A DNA stretch of 64,000 nucleotides from Candidatus Micrarchaeia archaeon (GTDB lineage: Archaea; Micrarchaeota; Micrarchaeia; Anstonellales; Anstonellaceae): the NCBI GenBank assembly GCA_041650255.1, contig JBAZLL010000001.1, positions 20,667 to 84,666 of the forward strand, written 5' to 3'. Below are positions 37,778 to 45,722 of the stretch, piece by piece. A model generated the notes under the pieces. The model was not told where the DNA came from. It made no database searches and saw only the letters and a list, made by a program, of their open reading frames with translations. How positions within the stretch are numbered: the first letter of the stretch is position 1; each line of letters opens with the position of its first letter. A program made the translations under genes and the position numbers.

Positions 37778-39763
37778 ATGATTTTTCAACTAAGAGCCAT
37801 GAATTTTTCAGATTTCGCTTATGCTCAGCAGGATGGCCAACCAAAAAGTCGCAGCTCAAGTGAAAGCAAAAACGAGTCTGCCGCACTGTCATTGATTTAC
37901 AAAAATGTAGTGGATATAGTCAAACGCCCGGCTACGGACGAATATGGTGAGGCTACAGAGCAAAACTTCTTCAGATTAAAATTGCCTCCAACCGGTCAGA
38001 ACGCTGCGGTTTATTGGAAGGAGAAAATATCTCAGGCTCTATTGACCGCAGGCGATGATGCAAAAACCTGGAACACAATAAGAAAATTTTTGGAAGATGC
38101 ATTCAATTCTTTCGGATCCGATATGCTTATTGCAGTTTCTCAAAATGGCAATGAGACTTCCGCGGGACTTAATAGACTAAATTTATTTAGCGCAATCAAT
38201 GCTGTGGAGTTTGATATCCAGCGTTCAGTTGGCGGACTAAACCGCCCAGCAGATTTCGGGGTGTTTTCAGTAAGTAAAGGTAGTGCTTCTGCCGAGTGGG
38301 CGCAGGCAGGCAACGGAACCTGGCAAATGGGCGGAGCAACTTCGGTTCAAGTCGAAATTTCCCAACCGTCAAAGAGCACTCGTCCAATAGACATAACTGC
38401 GGCTGAGAAGAAACCTGTAGTGTTTGCTGATGACCTCACAAGTGTCAACTCCACCACCGAAACAAAAAAAACGCTTGCATCCACCTCTGCTTTTTCAGAG
38501 CTTGAAGAGCAGGCGGCAAGGCTTTCCGCATTTGCAAAAAAGCCATCAGACATGCCGCAAAAAGGGGCATCCCTCGAAATCGCATTCACAATTCTTGATT
38601 CATTTTTTGATTATGATTTAAGGCAGATAAAAAGCAAATTCGCGAAAGAGTCCGGTATGAGCAAAGCCGAGTTGACGGAATGTTGCAGAAAGATAATCAA
38701 CTATGCATTGGAGGCGACGGCAAATTCCGCAGAGGACAGGCTTGACCTTCTTCAATCACTGGCGTTATTTTGCGACGACGCATCTTCATCTTACAAAACC
38801 CTTGTGGATGGGCAATGGGTAAAAACTTCCGACAAGTTCAGCAAGGAAATTCGCGCCGGGGCGCAGTATGCCGTTTCATATGTGCTTTTTGATTATGGCA
38901 AATACAGTGCGATAGAAGCTTATCACGAGCTTGCAAAAAAAGGTGCAGACCCGACAGTGCTTAGTGAGATGGAAACTGTTTTCCCAGGGGTTTCAAAAAT
39001 GGACCCTTCGGACGCAACCAAATGGCTTGAAAACCGCAGGCTACAGCTTCCATTTTTAATCAACTTACTCTCCAATGCAGAGTCCCTTGAGGGTATGCCA
39101 AAAGCCGCAGATGCGGCAGTAAACGGGCTTAGCGGAATAACATGGTCTAAAGAGCGCCGAGATGGAATTCTTGCCGCCGACGCAATCTCATCTCTTGATG
39201 TTTCCAATTTGCACAAATCTGCAATCGCCAGCTCAGTGCTAAGTCGAGCTCGCAACAACTATCTTCCGATAGAAACCCGTGCCGCCTGTCTCTACTATGG
39301 AGCGTACAATTCAAACATCGCCGGCGCCTTTGACGGGGCTATGAAAGAGGATGCGCGCAATATCAAAAAGGTCGCCGAATCCGATTTTGACTTTATGCTC
39401 GCAATGCTTGTTTCTGCTTCAGGAGTAGAGCGGTCCACTTACGGAATCGACCAGACAATCAACCCCATCAACGAGGAAGTTTTTGGTTTGTATTTAAATA
39501 AAATCAAATCCTATACGTCCGCTCATAAATCCGACTCCTCATTTAACGAGCCGGTAAAAATCGGTGGGAAGCCGAAATATATCATTGAGCAGACCAGCCA
39601 GAACGGGCAAGTAGAGCAAGTCCCAGTGAGCGCCTGCTTGAGTGCAATGCAACTTATCAAGACATTAAATGACAATTTCACCCAACGTATAAGGGACAGC
39701 CCCATATGGGATAAGATGAATGAAACTTATCTTGAGCTTGAAAAAGTGCACCTGAATCATTAG
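37778..39763 (+). CDS. Hypothetical protein C (661 aa)
   Basis: An AGGTGA Shine-Dalgarno overlaps the gene B TAG stop, 4 nt before the ATG. No domain recognised. Confidence 0.75.
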   Translation: MIFQLRAMNFSDFAYAQQDGQPKSRSSSESKNESAALSLIYKNVVDIVKRPATDEYGEATEQNFFRLKLPPTGQNAAVYWKEKISQALLTAGDDAKTWNTIRKFLEDAFNSFGSDMLIAVSQNGNETSAGLNRLNLFSAINAVEFDIQRSVGGLNRPADFGVFSVSKGSASAEWAQAGNGTWQMGGATSVQVEISQPSKSTRPIDITAAEKKPVVFADDLTSVNSTTETKKTLASTSAFSELEEQAARLSAFAKKPSDMPQKGASLEIAFTILDSFFDYDLRQIKSKFAKESGMSKAELTECCRKIINYALEATANSAEDRLDLLQSLALFCDDASSSYKTLVDGQWVKTSDKFSKEIRAGAQYAVSYVLFDYGKYSAIEAYHELAKKGADPTVLSEMETVFPGVSKMDPSDATKWLENRRLQLPFLINLLSNAESLEGMPKAADAAVNGLSGITWSKERRDGILAADAISSLDVSNLHKSAIASSVLSRARNNYLPIETRAACLYYGAYNSNIAGAFDGAMKEDARNIKKVAESDFDFMLAMLVSASGVERSTYGIDQTINPINEEVFGLYLNKIKSYTSAHKSDSSFNEPVKIGGKPKYIIEQTSQNGQVEQVPVSACLSAMQLIKTLNDNFTQRIRDSPIWDKMNETYLELEKVHLNH

Positions 39764-39856
39764 CTGATTTTTTTAGCATTTTCTTCTCTGCCAATACGTT
39801 TTGCTCAAGGGCATATATTTAAAGTATAACTTGGTTTGTTCTCTTGGGTGTGATAA

Positions 39857-41698
39857 ATGCCGGCGTACATGTTTGCGGATCTTCAAAGAAATAAATCAGA
39901 TAAAGAGAGCCTCATTTCAGATTATGTGCAAATTCTTAACAACAACTCATTGAACTTGGACGAGCGGCTTGCCGCTCTCAAGCCTCTGTGCTCGGATTTA
40001 AAAAAATCAACCAATGCTTCAGAGATAAATTCCGGTCTTTTTGGGCTTTTGGTTTTTTATAATGAAAATAAAAATTCCATAAGTAATGTGGATGCAAACA
40101 GGATATCCGACGCAATCAAGAACTCAAAGTCTTTCGGATTAATGTCATATATAGACAAGCAGGACATCTCACAAAAACAAAAGGGAGTTCTAAAAGATTT
40201 GGCGCAAGAGTTGCTCACCTCAACACCACAAACCGCAATCCCTGGAATAGTACCAAAATCCAACCCACCATTAACCTCTGGTGGTTTGAGCAAACGTGGG
40301 GCGAAAGACTCCGAGAAACGTACAAATGTCAATGCTAAAGATTTCCACGACAGGCCGTTTTTCACTCCTGATTTCACGACTTTGAAAATAAATGATTTCA
40401 AGTACGACCCGGCGGTAATAAAGTTCGGGGACAATTTGGCGCTTGATGTTTTTTATGGCAGTCCCGGATACGAAACTCTCTCAAAAAAACTCGGCTTTGA
40501 CCTGTCTTCAAAAGAGGGAGAGCGCAAGGCAATCAACTATTTCGCATCAAAATTTGAGTTGTTAAAGCAATACTATGATTTTTATAAAAAAGGAAAAGCG
40601 CTTGGATTCAGCAATGTGGAAGATATCAATCCAACCGAAGTTAAGGAAACCTGTGCAACAATATTGCAAATAGCAAGAACCGGCTCATTCACTTCTGATG
40701 AGGTAAATATGCTAAAATCCAGCGATATTGTAGGTTTCATAAAATCATATTCCTCCCGAAGCGATGACGATTTCTCGGCATGGCTTAGAACTGAAGGAAA
40801 GCTGAATCTTGCTCTTGAGAGCAAAGTGCTTATCGGTTCAGTAACGGCTGTAATTCCTACTAAAAAATGGGGCACCGATTTTATTTTCGGCTCGCGAGTG
40901 GATGTTTTTTCAAAAGAAACAAAAGACGTTTTTTCACTTTCCGACGAATCTCTCACTGATGTTTATAGCAATATATCTATGGATTCCCCAAAAAGTTTTG
41001 TCCCGCACGGAATAGTCGGCGTAATGGTTAGCAGTAAGGGAGCGCTGGAGGCTCTTTTCGGCTTTGGTTCCGATGCCGAATACAGCCTGCGCTGGGGCAC
41101 TCGTTCAAAATATTCCGGCAAGCCGATAGGAGACATAAAATTCATGGGAGGTTATCTTGATTACAATGTGGAAGCTTCAATGAAAACCGAGGGCGCGGAA
41201 GATAAAATAACTGTAAACTTTCTAAGCGGTCAAAAATCAATGTCAAATGGAAGTTCCACCAATTTCGGAATAACTGCAGGTGCCGACTACGATGCGGAGC
41301 TAGGAAAAATAAAACTAGGTGGAGTGCAATTTGCAGACTGTACTGGGGTTCTTTTCAACATGAATCTCGGGTACTCAAACCAGAGCGGAATGAGTGCGGG
41401 TTCACGCTTGGGTCTGGTATTATTCCCCACGCGCGCTCTCGGCTTGCAGGCATCTGTGGGTGCCCAACTTAGCGACTTCAAGCTAAAGGAAATAAACGGG
41501 AATCTAGGAGCGACATTCAGCTTGAACGATGGCGCATCATTTTCACTGAATTTGGGTGCAGTACAAAGGCTCTTGGAATATTCCGCCTCCAAAAATGAAT
41601 TTATCAATGCAAATAATCCAAAGCCGGAATTTAGGGGAGATGTCCGAATTTCAATACCTGCAAACCAAATACCTCTTCTAAAAGAAATTGTTGAATAG
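39857..41698 (+). CDS. Hypothetical protein D (613 aa) with a Gly/Ser-rich beta-strand-like C-terminal region
   Basis: The C-terminal ~220 aa shows alternating hydrophobic/polar patterns (GATFSLNDGASFSLNLGAVQRLL; LGYSNQSGMSAGSRLGLVLF). Confidence 0.75.
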   Translation: MPAYMFADLQRNKSDKESLISDYVQILNNNSLNLDERLAALKPLCSDLKKSTNASEINSGLFGLLVFYNENKNSISNVDANRISDAIKNSKSFGLMSYIDKQDISQKQKGVLKDLAQELLTSTPQTAIPGIVPKSNPPLTSGGLSKRGAKDSEKRTNVNAKDFHDRPFFTPDFTTLKINDFKYDPAVIKFGDNLALDVFYGSPGYETLSKKLGFDLSSKEGERKAINYFASKFELLKQYYDFYKKGKALGFSNVEDINPTEVKETCATILQIARTGSFTSDEVNMLKSSDIVGFIKSYSSRSDDDFSAWLRTEGKLNLALESKVLIGSVTAVIPTKKWGTDFIFGSRVDVFSKETKDVFSLSDESLTDVYSNISMDSPKSFVPHGIVGVMVSSKGALEALFGFGSDAEYSLRWGTRSKYSGKPIGDIKFMGGYLDYNVEASMKTEGAEDKITVNFLSGQKSMSNGSSTNFGITAGADYDAELGKIKLGGVQFADCTGVLFNMNLGYSNQSGMSAGSRLGLVLFPTRALGLQASVGAQLSDFKLKEINGNLGATFSLNDGASFSLNLGAVQRLLEYSASKNEFINANNPKPEFRGDVRISIPANQIPLLKEIVE

Positions 41699-41706
41699 GT
41701 GAATGA

Positions 41707-43893
41707 ATGACGAAACTCAAATTATCCCTGTTTGTATTGCTTGCATTTTTTGCGCCAATAATATACTCATCCCAAACTTTGGACTATCCTTCACAGCTCA
41801 ATTTTTTCAGCGCAGGGCACGGGTTTGAAACTGACGGTTCCTTTACATTGGTTTCAAGATTTTCAACCAGCTCATCCGGAGCTCCATCTCAAATTTTCAT
41901 TCCAAGAGAAACCGCTATAGACCGGTCCGACTTGCCAGTTGAAATCTATATGTGCCCCGGCAATCTTATGCCAAGCACGACTCCATCCGGAACTTTTTAC
42001 AAAACATCCTTTAGCGGCGATTCGTTTTACATCCTTCCAAATAAGCGCACAAACTTCGTATGTTTCAAGTCCGCCGATTATGACATTTGCATAAAAGAGT
42101 CGTATCCATGGCCCGCCGACCAGCTCGGAAAGGGCACGCAGATCCAATGGTCCACTTCTCCCTCTCCGACAATTCTTGACAAGATGAAGGCGGATTCAAA
42201 TTTCAAGGCAACTGTAGACCCTCAAGAGGCTCTGTACAATGAATTGTGTACAAACGCAAACGTGAACGTTGATTATTATCCCGCACTGGCCGAAGAGTTT
42301 TATCCAGACAACGAAGGCAAAGCAGGAGTCGCATGCTCCGGCTCGGAAAAAGTTTATGTGAAATCAGGCTCATCAACCACCCCGCTTGTCCGTGCGGACG
42401 GGAAATCTTCTCCCGCGCCAATAAATTCAAATTCTTGCAATCCACCATCTTCGCAAAATTGGCAGAGCTATTCTTTTGCAGACAATAAACAGGACACCAT
42501 TACTCTTGGAAGCATAACATACAAAGGGCAAAACTACGAAGTGCTCTCCGAATTGGACACTGGCACATTGGTATGCCATGGGGCAATACAAATCCTTCCC
42601 TACAAAGGGGACAAATATGATGCCAAATATCTGTATCTAAGTGGAGGGGCATCTCCTACTTCGCAATCGGCATCAAAATATGTCGTTCATGTTGTGGAGC
42701 CCGGCACCTGCAATCTCCCAGTAATCTCATTTTCTCCAAACCCGCTTACTGGAGTCTCTCCAAACGGACAGTACACAATAAATGTGGACATAAAAAATCC
42801 CTACCTTCTCTTTGACATGGACATAACCGGAGTTAGGATGTCGCCTTACTCTCCAGTGAATGGCTGGAGCGCAAAAATTGATTCCCTTCCAATAAAAATA
42901 GAATCGGACAAAACCGTTAGCGTGCCCGTGGTTCTTACCTCTCCGGCGCAACTCACTTCCCTTGATGATGTGTGCTTTAACATCTCATACACTTCATCGG
43001 TTCCATTCTGTGACGGAAAGAAATGCACAAACTCTTCCCTTGTTTGCGTAAAGCTTGACCTGACCCCAAGCTGTAAAATATTTTCCCTCACTGTCCCTCC
43101 AATAAAAACCGGAGACAGCACGATTCTAAACACCACTTGCTATGAAGATGGATATGTTTTTCCCTGCGAGCCGATTGAATGGGTTGCGTCCGGATTTGAA
43201 GATAAGAGTGGCAATCAAAACATAAGCTTTTTTGCACTCGGGGCGCAGGATTACATTCCCCAAAATGTCCCTGCACTTGATTCAAAATTTATTATAGTTC
43301 CCCCTTACACGACTCCGCCATACACTTATCCGGCACAACCGGCAGAGCGAAAATTCTTTACTGCAAACCCGGCACCATGGGGGATGCTTTGGACATATGA
43401 TTGGCACGACAAGCCATCAATTACTCCGGAAGCTCCGAACGGCAAAATAAGCGCGAGCGGAACAAACTCGCAGAAAAAAAGTTTCACATGCGAATTTGAC
43501 ATAAACGCCGCCAAAGCGGATTTGCCAGACTTTACACCCGATGTAATAATCACGCCTTCCGGAGATCCTTTGCGCGGAACACAGCAATATTTGATAACTT
43601 ATTCGGCATTTAACAAAGGCCTTGGTGCATCACCGAGCGGCAGTGATGTTGAAAACGTTTTAAGGGATTCAAAGAATGCAATCGCGAGCAAAACAGTATT
43701 TAGCGAATCTGTAGCTCCATTGAAAAAGAGCAAAGCAGGCACATACACTTTCCAGTGCCCGTTCCCCGGGTTCTTCAAATTCTTCATAAGCGTTGACGAC
43801 AAGGGCGTAATTGATGAAGAAAAAGAGGACAACAATAAGGGCACAATAGATTTGCGCTGTGACGGACTATATTATTGCCCGGACTTGGTGTAA
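41707..43893 (+). CDS. Secreted Cys-rich protein E (728 aa) with a CARDB-like C-terminal domain
   Basis: Signal peptide MTKLKLSLFVLLAFFAPIIYS. The C-terminus (FISVDDKGVIDEEKEDNNKGTIDL) resembles the CARDB signature (VDPDN.V.E.NE.NN). An AGGTGA Shine-Dalgarno overlaps the gene D TAG stop. Confidence 0.75.
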   Translation: MTKLKLSLFVLLAFFAPIIYSSQTLDYPSQLNFFSAGHGFETDGSFTLVSRFSTSSSGAPSQIFIPRETAIDRSDLPVEIYMCPGNLMPSTTPSGTFYKTSFSGDSFYILPNKRTNFVCFKSADYDICIKESYPWPADQLGKGTQIQWSTSPSPTILDKMKADSNFKATVDPQEALYNELCTNANVNVDYYPALAEEFYPDNEGKAGVACSGSEKVYVKSGSSTTPLVRADGKSSPAPINSNSCNPPSSQNWQSYSFADNKQDTITLGSITYKGQNYEVLSELDTGTLVCHGAIQILPYKGDKYDAKYLYLSGGASPTSQSASKYVVHVVEPGTCNLPVISFSPNPLTGVSPNGQYTINVDIKNPYLLFDMDITGVRMSPYSPVNGWSAKIDSLPIKIESDKTVSVPVVLTSPAQLTSLDDVCFNISYTSSVPFCDGKKCTNSSLVCVKLDLTPSCKIFSLTVPPIKTGDSTILNTTCYEDGYVFPCEPIEWVASGFEDKSGNQNISFFALGAQDYIPQNVPALDSKFIIVPPYTTPPYTYPAQPAERKFFTANPAPWGMLWTYDWHDKPSITPEAPNGKISASGTNSQKKSFTCEFDINAAKADLPDFTPDVIITPSGDPLRGTQQYLITYSAFNKGLGASPSGSDVENVLRDSKNAIASKTVFSESVAPLKKSKAGTYTFQCPFPGFFKFFISVDDKGVIDEEKEDNNKGTIDLRCDGLYYCPDLV

Positions 43894-43920
43894 ATTTTTT
43901 CCTGCAATTTTTGGATTAGG

Positions 43921-43928
43921 TTTATATT
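43921..43928 (+). promoter_or_regulatory. TATA box (TTTATATT) 22 nt upstream of the ATG at 43950 (leaderless start)
   Basis: Spacing from TATA centre to ATG is ~26 nt. Confidence 0.4.
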
Positions 43929-43949
43929 GTGCAATTGCATTCCACTCTC

Positions 43950-44621
43950 ATGTCAAAGCTTCCTAATCTCAAGGATTTGGATCTGTCTTTTCTAAAAAAA
44001 GGGCAAACGCCTGCTCAGAAAGCGGCAGCAGAGCCTGATAGCGAGCTTGAAGAGCTTAAGAAAAAAATGCAGGTTCAGAAAATGCAGCTTGAGCTCATGT
44101 ACATGATAATTGAGCGCTACAAAAAATTCATAGAAGATGGCGAATCCAAATCAATATCCGACCTTCGCACATTGGTGCGCCCGATGGATTCAGTAATTAC
44201 CGAAGTGAAAATCGGCATTGAAGACCAGTTCCATCCATATGTATATGATTCAAACTTTCTTCTTGCGACACAGCGCGCAATGGATTTGGTATTCTCATGG
44301 AAAAAGGTAAAATTGCCTGTAAGCTTTTGGATGGGCTTTGAAGACATGGTTCATCTAAAGGCGGCGGACGATATTGACCGCGCGATATTTCTCTGTTCGC
44401 TTTTTCGCGCCCTCGGCTCCGATTCCGCAAAAGTGGTTATAGGCAAAGACCGCGCGGCATGGACATTTTTCACATTCGGGGAAAAAGACTATGTTGTAAA
44501 TATCGGAGACCGTACAATGAGTGCATATCCAAATGGCGGGGACGGAATAAAGCTGTTTATGAGAACTGCGCTTTATTCGTTTAATGACAAGGACTATTCC
44601 GATTTGAGCGAAGGACAATAA
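43950..44621 (+). CDS. Transglutaminase-like (papain-fold) domain protein; Cys conserved, His position replaced by Ala
   Basis: AIFLCSLFRALGSDSAKVVIG matches the TGase-core G.C..FA.LF.AL.RALGIPARVV.G region. The downstream RAAWTFFTF...VVNIGD aligns to HAW.E.....W..FD but has Ala where His is expected. Confidence 0.45.
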   Translation: MSKLPNLKDLDLSFLKKGQTPAQKAAAEPDSELEELKKKMQVQKMQLELMYMIIERYKKFIEDGESKSISDLRTLVRPMDSVITEVKIGIEDQFHPYVYDSNFLLATQRAMDLVFSWKKVKLPVSFWMGFEDMVHLKAADDIDRAIFLCSLFRALGSDSAKVVIGKDRAAWTFFTFGEKDYVVNIGDRTMSAYPNGGDGIKLFMRTALYSFNDKDYSDLSEGQ

Positions 44622-44741
44622 TTGTACTTAAAAAGTCAATTCCTGCACGATTATCTGTGAGTAATAATTGCTTTCGGAAAAATCCAATTCTTCCCTACAA
44701 ACGATTATATCATTAGGCTCCCATATACTCATGGTAATTGT

Positions 44742-45428
44742 ATGCCTCCGCGATATTTGGACCAGCGCGTCAAATGGATATGGTTTGCCCCGACCCTTGT
44801 CGCCCTTCTAATTATATGGCTGATTGCAAGCCTATTCGCATTTATCGGCATGGGTTCGGATGAATTTGTTTTTGGAATGAGCAAACCGGCATTTACATTT
44901 GCGTTATTTCTCTTTCTATTCATCTTCTTTGGTGTGCCCGCGTATATTTACAATCATATTGAATATGTGTCGTTCACTTTCGAGCTTTCCGAGCGCGAGT
45001 TTATCATACGCCAAGGAGTTCTTACAAGAAATACGACCGTTATTCCTTACAACCGGATACAAAATATCAATACGCAAAGAACCCTTTTGGAACGGGCATT
45101 GGGACTTGCTTCATTGCAAATAGAAACTGCAGGTACAAATCCAAACGCGTCTGAAGGATTTCTCCCCGGAGTATCAAACAAGGATGCTCTTGTAAACGAA
45201 ATAATGGCCCGGGTTGAGCGGGTGAAAAAGGGCATATCAAACGAGGAGTCAAATTCAGCCAAAACCGAGCGGGAGCTCTTAGCCGATATGCTTAAAGAAC
45301 TTTCCCAGATAAATCATAACTTGCAACAATTAGCCTCACCAGGGGCAAGCATCCCGCACGTTCCTTTAAAACGGGCGTCATGGAAGCATATTTCGCCGGA
45401 TCATACCGGACTTTCTGATAAAAAATAG
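44742..45428 (+). CDS. Bacterial-PH-domain (bPH_2 / YdbS-YdbT-like, DUF304) membrane protein
   Basis: Two N-terminal TM helices, then GVLTRNTTVIPYNRIQNINTQRTLLERALGLASLQIETAG, which matches the bPH_2 signature. Confidence 0.75.
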   Translation: MPPRYLDQRVKWIWFAPTLVALLIIWLIASLFAFIGMGSDEFVFGMSKPAFTFALFLFLFIFFGVPAYIYNHIEYVSFTFELSEREFIIRQGVLTRNTTVIPYNRIQNINTQRTLLERALGLASLQIETAGTNPNASEGFLPGVSNKDALVNEIMARVERVKKGISNEESNSAKTERELLADMLKELSQINHNLQQLASPGASIPHVPLKRASWKHISPDHTGLSDKK

Positions 45429-45438
45429 GTGAACATTT

Positions 45439-45606
45439 ATGCCTGAACTTACAAAATATGAAAAAGCAAGAATAATCGGGGCACGCTCATTACAGCTCTC
45501 CTCCGGCGCACCGCCTCTTATTGAAGTGAATGAAAATGATTCTTCAATGCGTGTTGCAGAACGAGAGCTTGAAACAGGCGTAATTCCATTGGTTGTAATA
45601 CGCTAA
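45439..45606 (+). CDS. rpoK: DNA-directed RNA polymerase subunit K (Rpb6/omega homologue); 55 aa, below the ORF-track cutoff
   Basis: MPELTKYEKARIIGARSLQLSSGAPPLIEVN... matches the archaeal RpoK core (F/YE.ARIIGARALQ...GAP). An AGGTGA Shine-Dalgarno overlaps the bPH_2 gene's TAG stop, 7 nt before the ATG. Confidence 0.75.
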   Translation: MPELTKYEKARIIGARSLQLSSGAPPLIEVNENDSSMRVAERELETGVIPLVVIR

Positions 45607-45722
45607 ATTTTTTTATCAATATTTCTCTTTTATAATTTTTTTTGTGCAATTTATTTCTTCGGTTTATTCATCAATTTCTACTCACTTACGAATTTCTTGT
45701 GCAAACTCATGTGTCACCCGTA

